Assembly: GCA_963833575.1 (NCBI GenBank)
Contig: CAWHXY010000004.1
Location: 640,001 to 704,000 of the forward strand
Direction of reading: 5' to 3'
Source: Candidatus Bathyarchaeota archaeon
GTDB taxonomy: Archaea > Thermoproteota > Bathyarchaeia > Bathyarchaeales > Bathycorpusculaceae
DNA: 64,000 nucleotides
In this document: in pieces, positions 20,875 through 30,202 of the stretch
How positions within the stretch are numbered: the stretch's first letter is position 1
Layout: each line of letters starts with the position of its first letter
Notes under the pieces: model-generated
Told to the model about the DNA's origin: nothing
Seen by the model: the letters and a program-made list of their open reading frames with translations, nothing else
Database searches by the model: none
Program-made: the position numbers and the translations under genes

Positions 20875-21525
20875 ATGAACGAAAAAACTGAACATCCCGA
20901 CTTCCGAAATAATAAAGGGACAAAAAAGATGAAAATCATGGGATTTAGCGCAAGTCCTCACAAAGAAGGCAATACCGCCTGGATAGTAAACAAAATACTC
21001 GAAGGTGCGAAAGAACAGGGCGCCGAAACACAATCATGGTATTTCAGCGATCTTGATATCAAACCGTGCCAGGGCTGCTTAGGCTGCCACAAGGGCGACG
21101 GAGGTTGTATTATCAACGACGACATGCAGAAAATTTATGACGCGATTGAGCATGCCGACGCCATCGTTTTCGGCTCACCAATTTACATGGGTCAGATGAG
21201 TGCCCAGGCCAAGATATTCACCGACAGGTTGTTCGCACAAATCTCTCCGCGGTTCTCTCCGCACTTCAAAGAACGTGCAGTCAAAAGAAAGCTCATTCTT
21301 ACTTTTAGTCAGGGTAATCCTGATTCCAGCATGTTCCAGCAATATATTGATTACACGAAACACATTTTTGAGATGCTGGAATTTGACGTCAAAGTGGTAC
21401 CTGTTGTTGCCGGTACAAGAAATGGACCCGCACATGAAAGAAAAGAACTCGACATTGCTTTGAAGGCTGTCGGTTCATCGTTGGTTTCGGAACTTCAGAA
21501 CGATTCCCGGAATAGTAAGGAGTAA
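20875..21525 (+). CDS. Iron-sulfur flavoprotein / flavodoxin-like FMN reductase
   Basis: SPHKEGNT, CQGCLGC...C, GSPIYMG; an alternative start lies at 20929. Confidence 0.88.
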   Translation: MNEKTEHPDFRNNKGTKKMKIMGFSASPHKEGNTAWIVNKILEGAKEQGAETQSWYFSDLDIKPCQGCLGCHKGDGGCIINDDMQKIYDAIEHADAIVFGSPIYMGQMSAQAKIFTDRLFAQISPRFSPHFKERAVKRKLILTFSQGNPDSSMFQQYIDYTKHIFEMLEFDVKVVPVVAGTRNGPAHERKELDIALKAVGSSLVSELQNDSRNSKE

Positions 21526-21530
21526 AAAAG

Positions 21531-21974
21531 ATGGAGCAACATGGGCATCACCATGGCTATGAGCACCACCGCAGACGTGGTGGCCTTAGAATATGGGTAT
21601 TCTCAATACTTCGACAAGCACCAAAAAACGGCGCTGAAATAATGAACCAAATAGAGTTAGCCAGCCAAGGACATTGGCGACCATCACCAGGCTCAATCTA
21701 CCCTCTGCTAGATGAACTCCAAAAAGGAGCAAGCATCATTAAGCGAGAAGATGGACGATATGAAATTACCGAAAAGGGCAAACAAGAATTCGAATGGCCC
21801 TACAAAATGCACTCACGGCAACCACGCACGGTAGAAGGTACCGTGGAAGAAATGAACAGCTTTCTCGCCTATCTTGAAGACCTAAAACGTATGGATCCCT
21901 CCAAGATCACAACAAACATCGATAAACTCAAAACTGTCAGAGACCGACTAACAGCTCTGGTTGACAAGAGCTAA
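21531..21974 (+). CDS. PadR family transcriptional regulator
   Basis: WRPSPGSIYPLL, YEITEKG; His-rich N-terminus. Confidence 0.9.
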   Translation: MEQHGHHHGYEHHRRRGGLRIWVFSILRQAPKNGAEIMNQIELASQGHWRPSPGSIYPLLDELQKGASIIKREDGRYEITEKGKQEFEWPYKMHSRQPRTVEGTVEEMNSFLAYLEDLKRMDPSKITTNIDKLKTVRDRLTALVDKS

Positions 21975-22110
21975 TTTTGCAAAACACCTTAATTTCAGTT
22001 TCTGAATCAAAGCCGTTGCAGTTTGAGTTTTCAAATGATAAACCTAAAAGTTATAACAAGATTAAAACTTCAATAGCAAAATGAGCCAAAGAACCAATGC
22101 TCCCTTGTCT

Positions 22111-23205
22111 TCAAGACCTGAAATAACTAATTGCCGAAAGTGCTGCGGCCGCTGTCCAGAGCTGCCCTTCGCTGCCTTCAGGAGCGCCAGTCGTTGGATC
22201 GTAATACTCGCCGAAGCCTTTGCGTTTAATCATAATGTTAACTGCGGCTTCAACTTCGTTTTCTGCTTGCAGTTTTCTTAATGCATCAATCACTCTTATC
22301 TCAACAAACGGCCAGATCGCTGAGTTTTGGTATTTGCCAACCCTATTTCTGAGAAATACGCCAAACGGTACTCGACATGTCCTGTACCATGTTGCAAGTG
22401 CCTTCTCTCGGTTGAATACGTAATATGGCATAATGTTTCTGTAGCCGAAAGATGTTTTTGCAACATCAAACCCCTTAAGAATACCTTCTGAAACTTTTTG
22501 AGAAGCTGTTCCATTGAGGATTGCTAAAGCGTTGCCAAGGCAGTCAAAGTGTCGATCTAGCTTTAGCTCATTTCCACTCCAATAAATGCTGTCCGCATAC
22601 CAACCTAAATCTCCACAATAAAAGAGCTTGTTCACGTTTTCCTTAACCAAATTTGACGCCGACAAGTTTCCCTGCAATTCGTACATATCAGCCAACAGCA
22701 TCTGGTTTGCCAAAAGGTACTTACCGATGTAAACTGGCATTGCATCCCTCCAATCCATGCCGGGAATAAATCTATGCGCATCCTGTTTATTCTCGATAAA
22801 GGCAATGCACAATTTCACCGATTCCAAATTTTCATCAAAAAACTCGTCACACCCGACGGATACGAGTTTTTGCATCCCAATGACAAACAAAATTTCTGCA
22901 TCAGTTGAGCAGCGCTGATATCTTTGACGAATCACTTTGCTTACGCTGTAATCGATAACGGTCGGCATCTGTCCGCTACTGCGCTGCAACGCTATAAATT
23001 CTGACAAATGATTTTCAACATCTTTTTGGTATCCAAGTCGTAGAAGGGCATCTTCCGAGTAAACCAGGTCTCTAAGCCAAAGTTGACGATAAAGCTGGGT
23101 GCTGGCGTTGAAGCCTCGGTCTGTTCGGCATGCTTTTATTACTTTCCGAGCCTGTTTCTCCTTTTCCAGAACTTCTTCCGAATCAAAAGCTGTTTGCTTA
23201 GGCAA
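22111..23205 (-). CDS. Six-hairpin glycosidase (GH100/amylo-alpha-1,6-glucosidase-like)
   Basis: LWLRD, DWRD, YQNSAIWPF, EYYDP..G..GSEGQLWTAA. Confidence 0.7.
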   Translation of the reverse strand: MPKQTAFDSEEVLEKEKQARKVIKACRTDRGFNASTQLYRQLWLRDLVYSEDALLRLGYQKDVENHLSEFIALQRSSGQMPTVIDYSVSKVIRQRYQRCSTDAEILFVIGMQKLVSVGCDEFFDENLESVKLCIAFIENKQDAHRFIPGMDWRDAMPVYIGKYLLANQMLLADMYELQGNLSASNLVKENVNKLFYCGDLGWYADSIYWSGNELKLDRHFDCLGNALAILNGTASQKVSEGILKGFDVAKTSFGYRNIMPYYVFNREKALATWYRTCRVPFGVFLRNRVGKYQNSAIWPFVEIRVIDALRKLQAENEVEAAVNIMIKRKGFGEYYDPTTGAPEGSEGQLWTAAAALSAISYFRS

Positions 23206-23359
23206 AGGCTTCCCTCTTTACAAGTTAGTTCTCAAAGAGCCTTTTTCACCTTAAAATTTTTTCCCATAAATAACCCAACAATCAACAGGGGCGCCACCAA
23301 GAGCACAGTTAATGCGCGTGAAATTTAAACGTGGGTTTAGATCTATCTCCCCGCCACGG

Positions 23360-23782
23360 TCATAAAAGTTCGATAGGGTAACCTGTTGGCTTGAGTTTTT
23401 TGTATTGTGTCTCTTCATCTGCTGTAACGCAGATTGTTTTTTTGTTTTCAGCGATGGCGACTGGCAAGGCGTCATAAAACGTTATTCGTCCCTCGTATGC
23501 TATCTCGCCTGTTCTACTTGTGAGGTTTTCGTTCAGGTGAATCACGTTCATACTGAGATTGAATAGTTGAGTAATGGCGGTTTTCCATTTCGCGGCATCG
23601 TAATCTGGTTTAAATCTTAAGGCATTACTAACCTCACAAATTAGAATTTCCGAGATTGCCAACTCAACCGTACCTTGTACGTACGAATCCAAGAATTTTA
23701 GTGCTTCATCCGATTTTGTTTCCGTGCTAAACCATTTGACCACAACTGAAGAATCTAACACTATGTCGCGGCGTCTCGCCAT
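23360..23782 (-). CDS. vapC: VapC-type PIN domain toxin
   Basis: VLDSSVVVKW, EVSNAL, ITFYDA, VTAD. Confidence 0.9.
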   Translation of the reverse strand: MARRRDIVLDSSVVVKWFSTETKSDEALKFLDSYVQGTVELAISEILICEVSNALRFKPDYDAAKWKTAITQLFNLSMNVIHLNENLTSRTGEIAYEGRITFYDALPVAIAENKKTICVTADEETQYKKLKPTGYPIELL

Positions 23783-23982
23783 TTCCGTATCTCCTTAGCT
23801 CCATCCCATTCAACTTTGCTTTCTAATCGAAGGTTTTTGATTGCCTCAACAGCACACTGCATCTCTTCTCTACGCGCGGCGTCCTCAAACGCTTTTCTTG
23901 CAACATCGCTCCAGTTCACGCTTTTGCAGCGCTTCATACGCTCTTTTAGTTCTTCAGGGACTCTTACTGTAATGTTACTCAT
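23761..23982 (-). CDS. vapB: VapB-type RHH antitoxin
   Basis: ITVRVPEELKERM..VNWSDVAR..IRKWRD; overlaps the toxin start. Confidence 0.85.
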   Translation of the reverse strand: MSNITVRVPEELKERMKRCKSVNWSDVARKAFEDAARREEMQCAVEAIKNLRLESKVEWDGAKEIRKWRDAAT

Positions 23983-24075
23983 GCACATCACATATAGCAC
24001 ATGTTAATTGCACATTAAAGCTGCAAGCACAACATAAAAAACGTTTCCGCTCAAGAGCTACCAAAGGGCAGGATC

Positions 24076-24125
24076 CACTAGCCTCTTAAGTTGGGGTCGA
24101 GGCTTCAAATCTCGCCCAGCATGCC
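24076..24125 (+). repeat. Degenerate tRNA-Lys(CUU) 3'-half (att-like remnant)
   Basis: CTAGC-CTCTTAA-GTTGG anticodon arm, then GGTC, GAGGC-TTCAAAT-CTCGC T-arm-like segment; no 5' half. Confidence 0.6.
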
Positions 24126-24151
24126 TCAGCATTTTCAGTTAACGTTAAAAG

Positions 24152-24553
24152 TTATTTCATTTTGTCTATTGGAATTGCGACCTTGCACTTCTTGAGTAGA
24201 TCTGTGTCTTGTGTTACCAATTTCAGGTTTTGTTTTTCAGCCATGTAGGCATGCGAAGCATCGTAAAACGTTAGATTCCGTTCTATCGCAATTTCCAAAA
24301 CGATAGCGACTGAATCAATCGCCATCTTCTTCAGGGGCGCCATCACCTCAGAAAAAATTGAGACAACCTTTCTGGGATTCTTGAGTTTTCCTTGCTTGTT
24401 CTCCCGCCAAAGCACATTGCCAACTTCGTACTCAGTTAGTGTGCTCACTGCACATTCCTCGACGTTGAAGGGAATACCTGAGATAAGCATAGGATAAAGT
24501 GCTGAGGTATCGATGAGGTATTTACATTTCTTGCCTTGTTGTTCTGACATCAT
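24152..24553 (-). CDS. vapC: VapC-type PIN domain toxin
   Basis: YLIDTSA, YEVGNVLW, LTFYDAS, LVTQD. Confidence 0.9.
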   Translation of the reverse strand: MMSEQQGKKCKYLIDTSALYPMLISGIPFNVEECAVSTLTEYEVGNVLWRENKQGKLKNPRKVVSIFSEVMAPLKKMAIDSVAIVLEIAIERNLTFYDASHAYMAEKQNLKLVTQDTDLLKKCKVAIPIDKMK

Positions 24554-24740
24554 CGATCCACTCTTCAGGTGTAACGTCCATGAGATCTTTGAGTTCTTTT
24601 GCTATTTTTTGCGCATTTTTTTTCTTCTCGGCTACGAGTTCCTCGAGGGTTTTCTCTACCGCCAGTTTTAAGTCGATTCCTAGCTTTTCAGCCTCAAGCT
24701 TCAAACTTTTCTTAACTCTTACAGATAGCACTTCGGTCAC
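24522..24740 (-). CDS. vapB: VapB-type antitoxin
   Basis: VLSVRVKKSLKLEAEKLGID...VRTTR; GTG start after GGTGA SD. Confidence 0.85.
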   Translation of the reverse strand: MTEVLSVRVKKSLKLEAEKLGIDLKLAVEKTLEELVAEKKKNAQKIAKELKDLMDVTPEEWIDDVRTTRQEM

Positions 24741-24798
24741 AGTTTCACCCGTATACACAATAATTAAAATGTATACATGTGATATTTAAAAATAATGT

Positions 24799-24853
24799 GA
24801 GCATCAACTTTTAAAAATGAGGGTTGAGGCTTCAAATCCCACCCCACCTGCCA
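24799..24853 (+). repeat. Degenerate tRNA-Lys(UUU) 3'-part (att-like remnant)
   Basis: GAGCATCAA-CTTTTAA...GGGTT-GAGGC-TTCAAAT-CCCAC-CCCACCT-GCCA; 24821-24852 is 26/32 identical to 24094-24125. Confidence 0.6.
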
Positions 24854-24938
24854 AGGATAGTTGGCCAAGTAGAAAGTTTTCCGATTTCATTCAATTAAGC
24901 GAGATCAAAAAATTAAGACAGCAACGATTGGTGATGAT

Positions 24939-26384
24939 TTAGCGTTTTGATTTTTCCAGTAACTCGTTTATGTATTGGTTGACTGTTTTGTCCTGAGTTT
25001 TTGCAACTCGTTTTATGGCGTCGTTAATGCCAGTTGAGTATTGCACTGCTTTCTTGGGTTTAGACACAAGTTCATTTGGCATGCCAACGTTTAAAGCGAC
25101 TTTTCGAAGTACTAGTTTTCTTAATGTGTCTTCTTTTTGCTCCATTTTACATTCAAGGGGCAAACTCATAGCAAACTCGGCAAGGTCAAATGATGCAAAA
25201 GGCAAACGTAGTTGCACATCGAAGTAACTTGTGATTTTGAGGTCTCGTTCAAGATTGCTCTCAAAAATGTTAGCTACATCGTTAAACATTGTTTTTCGGA
25301 CTTTTTCGCCGCCGTCTTTGCAATATTCTTTGACATAACGTTGGTAGCCCCCAAACAATTCGTCTGCTCCTTGACCCGCCAACATTACATTGAGACGGGC
25401 TTCAGATGCCTTCTGTGCAACCCAATAAAAAGGTAAACCCACACTGGCTTTAATCGGGTCAGCTTCCTCAATAAGAGCTACAACCTGAGCCAAAGTGTTT
25501 TCAACGTCAGAATCCTTGAACAAATCAACTTGAAGCGGCAAATTCAACAGTTCAGATGCTTTGATTGCTTCTTCGGTTTCAGGCCGGTTTTCAATGCTTA
25601 CGTGGAGAAGCTGAACTTTCAATCCAAGTTTACTGGCTAAATAAGCCACTATGCTACTGTCTAATCCGCCTGAAAATGCTACAGCAACGTCTTTCACGCC
25701 ATGTGTACGCCTTTTGATGGATTCTTCAAGTAGAGCTTGAAGTTTTTTGGCGGCATCTTCCAATGTTATTGCTGTAGGCTCATTGTATGTTAATGTTTTA
25801 ACGGGTTTAAACTGGAATCCATCGCGATTCAAAAAACCGATATTACCAGGCGGAAAAGAAATGGGTTTTTCTAATCCCAGCAGCCATAACGCTTTTCTGT
25901 TTGTAGCGATGGCAGCAACGGTTTTATTTTCACCATAATAAAGCGGTTGAACTCCGACGGGGTCTCTTCCTGCCCCAATCATGCCCTCTTTAGCCATCAG
26001 AAAATCATAATCTCCATCTGAATTAGCTATTAACGTTTGCAGGAGGGCTTCGCAATGGAGCGGTTCCTTTGCAAGTTGTTCCATAACTGCGTTTTTTGGT
26101 ATGGGCGCGTAGATTTTGCCTTCGAACATGAGTGCGGCATCATCTAACTGCAAAAATTCGTAGCCGCTTGATACTGCAGGTTTCGTTGAGACATAACCCA
26201 TGGCTGTGGAAGACTCAATGCCTTGCCTGCTTAGGATGCCCGGGCTTTTTTCGAGAATAATTTTCTCCGGTGAGATTAATCCAAAATGGGATGGCTGTCT
26301 TCCGCTAAGGCTGTTGAGAACATCAAGAACTTGATCAACTACGTTATTTCCCTCTTTATCTAATACCGCAACTGCTGTTTTCAT
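24939..26384 (-). CDS. asnB: Asparagine synthetase B-like protein lacking the N-terminal catalytic Cys
   Basis: RDPVGVQPLYY, AFSGGLDSS, GQGADELFGGY, KKAVQYSTG. Confidence 0.8.
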   Translation of the reverse strand: MKTAVAVLDKEGNNVVDQVLDVLNSLSGRQPSHFGLISPEKIILEKSPGILSRQGIESSTAMGYVSTKPAVSSGYEFLQLDDAALMFEGKIYAPIPKNAVMEQLAKEPLHCEALLQTLIANSDGDYDFLMAKEGMIGAGRDPVGVQPLYYGENKTVAAIATNRKALWLLGLEKPISFPPGNIGFLNRDGFQFKPVKTLTYNEPTAITLEDAAKKLQALLEESIKRRTHGVKDVAVAFSGGLDSSIVAYLASKLGLKVQLLHVSIENRPETEEAIKASELLNLPLQVDLFKDSDVENTLAQVVALIEEADPIKASVGLPFYWVAQKASEARLNVMLAGQGADELFGGYQRYVKEYCKDGGEKVRKTMFNDVANIFESNLERDLKITSYFDVQLRLPFASFDLAEFAMSLPLECKMEQKEDTLRKLVLRKVALNVGMPNELVSKPKKAVQYSTGINDAIKRVAKTQDKTVNQYINELLEKSKR

Positions 26385-26478
26385 ACCTTAAAACCTCAAT
26401 ACCAATATCAATGTTCTATACCATTGGTAAAACATTAATCTTTAATCTGTGTATCGTTAGACTTTGAGGAGAAACTGC

Positions 26479-27813
26479 TTGCCTATATTACCCATCGATA
26501 CTGGTCGTTATGGAACGCCAGAAATGCTAAAAATCTTCGAAGAAGAAGCAAGGGTCCAAAAGTTGCTTGATGTGGAAGCTGCCCTTGCTTTGGCGCATGC
26601 TGAAGTAGGCAACATTCCAACAGAAGATGCTGAAACAATCGTAGCCATGGCTAACACTAAACACGTTAAGGTTGAACGGGTAAAAGCTATTGAAAAAGAA
26701 ATAAAGCATGATATTGCCTCATTAGTTCGTGCTCTTTCAGAAGTGAGTGGCTCAAGTGGCGCGTTCGTGCATTTGGGAGCAACAAGCTACGACATTGTCG
26801 ATACCGCAAATGCGTTGCAGCTTAAAGATGCTGAGACTCTTATTGAGAAAAAACTTATTGATTTGAAAGGGATTTTGCAGAGGCAGGCGGCTCGGTATAA
26901 AGATACCGTTATGATTGGCAGAACTCATGGACAGCATGCTTTGCCGATTACTTTGGGCTTTAAGTTTGCTGTTTGGGGCTACGAGGTTAACAGGCACTTT
27001 GAACGGTTAGAGGAATGCAAGAAACGCGTTCTTGTGGGGAAGGTTAGCGGTGCGGTGGGTACGCAGGCGGGTTTGGGCGAACATGCCGCGGTGATTCAGG
27101 AACTCGTTATGAAACGGCTTGGCCTCAATGCCGCAGAAATTTCAACGCAGATTGTACAAAGAGATCGCTACGCTGAACTCATATGCATTTATGCAATGAT
27201 TGCTTCTTCGCTAGAAAATTTTGCAACTGAAATACGGGAACTCCAAAGACCTGAAATAGCCGAGGTTTTTGAAGCATTCGAAGCCAGCAAACAGGTCGGT
27301 AGTTCCACAATGCCCCACAAACAGAACCCAGAAACATGCGAACGAGTTTGCGGTTTAGCCAGAATCGTGCGAAGCCTCAGCACTCCTTCATTGGAAGACA
27401 TGATTACTTGGCATGAAAGAGACCTGACTCAATCTTCAGCTGAACGGTTTATTCTGCCTGAATCAAATATATTGCTAGATTATTTGCTTAGCTTAATGTG
27501 CAATATTGTGGCTAACCTGAGAATTGACAAAGAGAAAATGCTTCAGAACCTTAGCATAACTCAGGGACGGGCAATGTCAGAGTCAGTTATGATGGCTTTG
27601 GCAAAGAAAGGCGTGAATAGGCAAGAAGCCCACGAACTGCTGAGAAAACTGACAATCAAAAGTGCAGCCGAAAAAGGGGATTTCAAGCATGTTTTACTCC
27701 AAGACAAACTAGTAAGCAGCAAGCTGACCGAAGTAGAAATCGACCAAGCATTAGATCCGAAGAATTATTTGGGCACAGCGGTTAAGCAAGCAGAAAAATT
27801 CGCGAAAAGCTAA
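26479..27813 (+). CDS. purB: Adenylosuccinate lyase
   Basis: KHDI, HLGATSYD, GRTHGQHA, GSSTMPHKQNP; TTG start after GAGGAG. Confidence 0.95.
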   Translation: MPILPIDTGRYGTPEMLKIFEEEARVQKLLDVEAALALAHAEVGNIPTEDAETIVAMANTKHVKVERVKAIEKEIKHDIASLVRALSEVSGSSGAFVHLGATSYDIVDTANALQLKDAETLIEKKLIDLKGILQRQAARYKDTVMIGRTHGQHALPITLGFKFAVWGYEVNRHFERLEECKKRVLVGKVSGAVGTQAGLGEHAAVIQELVMKRLGLNAAEISTQIVQRDRYAELICIYAMIASSLENFATEIRELQRPEIAEVFEAFEASKQVGSSTMPHKQNPETCERVCGLARIVRSLSTPSLEDMITWHERDLTQSSAERFILPESNILLDYLLSLMCNIVANLRIDKEKMLQNLSITQGRAMSESVMMALAKKGVNRQEAHELLRKLTIKSAAEKGDFKHVLLQDKLVSSKLTEVEIDQALDPKNYLGTAVKQAEKFAKS

Positions 27814-30044
27814 AAATCGCCAAGAGCTTTTTGCTTAAATTCCTGCTCAGTACCCAGTTTGTCCCATTCGTCTTTTTTCACGTAGCCGCCAACTTGCTCC
27901 TTAATTTTCTTAGCCAATCGTGGGCCTACAGTTGGCAGGTTTGTTAAGTCTTCGATTGACGCATGTTTTATGTCTTCGATAGTTTGGTAGCCTGCATTGT
28001 AAATTATGCGTCCACGGACTCTACCGATCCCCTCAAGGTGAACAAGGGGCAGGAGTTCTTTCTTTATGCCTTTAGAAACACGTTCAACCAACTCGCACGT
28101 AAGGGGTAAGATCTCTTTTGCTCCAAAAAGGGGGGCTAACTCGTCGGTGGCATGAAGCAGCCATTTTGCATTCTCAATTGTTCTGTAAAGATCGCCGGGC
28201 TGCACATTATATTGTTCTATGAGTTTTTCTTCGCTGACTTCTTCAATCCAGCTTTTCATAACTTGGGCAGTCTTGATTTCACCAAGGAACTGCTCATATG
28301 TTAAATGGTCGTCCCACTCGTTTGGAACATCAACAAACAGCTCATCTCTATGTTGTTCCATTTGAACCGCCAATACATCAAATTCCCTAGCATATGGTCT
28401 CATAACAGGTCCCATGTCAGGCGTGTGAGAAATCAAATGAAGCAAACCAAAATCCGTTAAATTAGCTGGTTTATTTAGCAGAGCATTACGAAGAACAATC
28501 GCGGAAAGTGGATCGATGTATAATTCGCTTGTTCGTTTTCCAAACCTTGTGGCATAAATATTGTCTCCACTTAAATCAATCATTTCTTCTTCATACAACG
28601 TCTTCAAAATTTTCCCGATAATACCCTTGATTGCTTTTACATCGTATTGGTAAGCGTAAAATGTTTTAGCGAAGAACTCGTAAATGCCCTCTTCAGAGTG
28701 AGCAAAATCTGAAGCCACCGTTGCCAAAACGTGACCTCTAATTATTTTTTCAACTCCAAGTCTTGACCAAATCCGCTCCGGTTTAGCCATAATATAGCCC
28801 TCCATCAGATAATCCGCTTCGTCAGAGGTCTTGGCGATGAGTATCGATTCTCCTACTTTGTCGTATTTTGGTCTCCCTGCTCTACCTGCCATCTGCTTAT
28901 ACTCTAACACGCTGATAGGGTAGTTTCCGTAGCCTGGCTCATATCGTCTATAATCCTGAATGATAACCGTTCGCGCTGGAAGATTAACACCAAAAGCCAG
29001 TGTTGGGGTAGCGGTTAAAACTTTGATTTTTCCCTCCTTAAACCCATCTTCAATTATCTTACGATGAGCACCTACCAAACCCGCATGATGAAAAGCCGCA
29101 CCACACTTAACAAAGTCAGCAAGGGTTTCACTAATTTGAGTCCGTTCGCCCGCTAACAAAATTTTCGCAGCCTCATGCTCCAACGTTCGTTTCATCGGTT
29201 TAGATAAGACGTCGCTCGTGTGTTGAGCCACCGTTTTTGCTGCTGAAACTGCGTTTTTCCTTGTAGAAGCAAAAACGAGTGCTTGGCCACCCGTTTTGAT
29301 TGTATTTAATACGAGGTTTACTGTCGGGATGTGTGTTTTCTTTTCTACTTTTCTTGCGTCGCCATCTTTGTATTGAATTTCATCGTTTAAAACGATACCT
29401 TCTTTGAGGCTTACCGGTCTCCAGTCAGTAACGATATAGGCAGCATTTAGCCACCCAGCGATTTCATCAACATTCCCTATGGTGGCACTTAATGCCAAAA
29501 CCTGAATGCCAGGATTAACCTGCAAAAGCCTAGCCAACACTACTTCAAGAGTTGGACCCCTCCCAGCATCATTTAATAGATGAACCTCATCAGCTATCAC
29601 CAAAGAAATCTCATCCATCCATTTGGCACGGTGCCGCAGAAGTGAATCAGCTTTCTCGTTGGTGGTAACTATTATGTCGTATCGTTGAAGCCAATTGTCG
29701 GCGGTGTCAAAGTCGCCTGTGCTAATGCCGACGCTAACTTTTCGGCCATCCGCTTTCTTGATAGACGCATATTTTTTGAAGTCTTCGAATTTTTCGCTCG
29801 CCAAAGCCCGAAGCGGTGCCAGATAAATTACTTTGCCACCCTTTTCAAGCACATGCTTGAGACTACAAAGCTCAGCTATCAAAGTTTTACCCGAAGCAGT
29901 TGGGCTTGCCAAAACAATATTTTTTCCTTCCAGCACTCCTGCCCGTATGGTGTCCTCTTGAGGAGGAAACAACTCCGTAATCCCCAAGTTAAGAAGGACT
30001 TCTTTGACCGATTCTGGAACAGGTAACTCAACAATCTTCAACAT
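27810..30044 (-). CDS. hel308: Hel308/Hjm SF2 DNA helicase
   Basis: PTASGKT, DEVH, SAT, QMAGRAGRP, HhH domain, C-terminal PIP-like QKALGDF. Confidence 0.93.
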   Translation of the reverse strand: MLKIVELPVPESVKEVLLNLGITELFPPQEDTIRAGVLEGKNIVLASPTASGKTLIAELCSLKHVLEKGGKVIYLAPLRALASEKFEDFKKYASIKKADGRKVSVGISTGDFDTADNWLQRYDIIVTTNEKADSLLRHRAKWMDEISLVIADEVHLLNDAGRGPTLEVVLARLLQVNPGIQVLALSATIGNVDEIAGWLNAAYIVTDWRPVSLKEGIVLNDEIQYKDGDARKVEKKTHIPTVNLVLNTIKTGGQALVFASTRKNAVSAAKTVAQHTSDVLSKPMKRTLEHEAAKILLAGERTQISETLADFVKCGAAFHHAGLVGAHRKIIEDGFKEGKIKVLTATPTLAFGVNLPARTVIIQDYRRYEPGYGNYPISVLEYKQMAGRAGRPKYDKVGESILIAKTSDEADYLMEGYIMAKPERIWSRLGVEKIIRGHVLATVASDFAHSEEGIYEFFAKTFYAYQYDVKAIKGIIGKILKTLYEEEMIDLSGDNIYATRFGKRTSELYIDPLSAIVLRNALLNKPANLTDFGLLHLISHTPDMGPVMRPYAREFDVLAVQMEQHRDELFVDVPNEWDDHLTYEQFLGEIKTAQVMKSWIEEVSEEKLIEQYNVQPGDLYRTIENAKWLLHATDELAPLFGAKEILPLTCELVERVSKGIKKELLPLVHLEGIGRVRGRIIYNAGYQTIEDIKHASIEDLTNLPTVGPRLAKKIKEQVGGYVKKDEWDKLGTEQEFKQKALGDF

Positions 30045-30202
30045 TAAACTCGCCGTTATGTTACTTAATTTATGAGTATCGACAAGCTAATTAATAGAAT
30101 TAGTCCAAACGAAAGCGTTTTTTTCAGCTACATTTTTCTACTTGATATGATATTAAGCAAAGTGACGAGTTATATTATCCCTAATATCAGGTAGGATACT
30201 GT

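Noticed and set aside
24076-24853. Calling the tRNA-like segments functional tRNA genes
   Set aside because: No 5' acceptor strand or complete D-arm, and the T-stems are mismatched; kept as remnants only.
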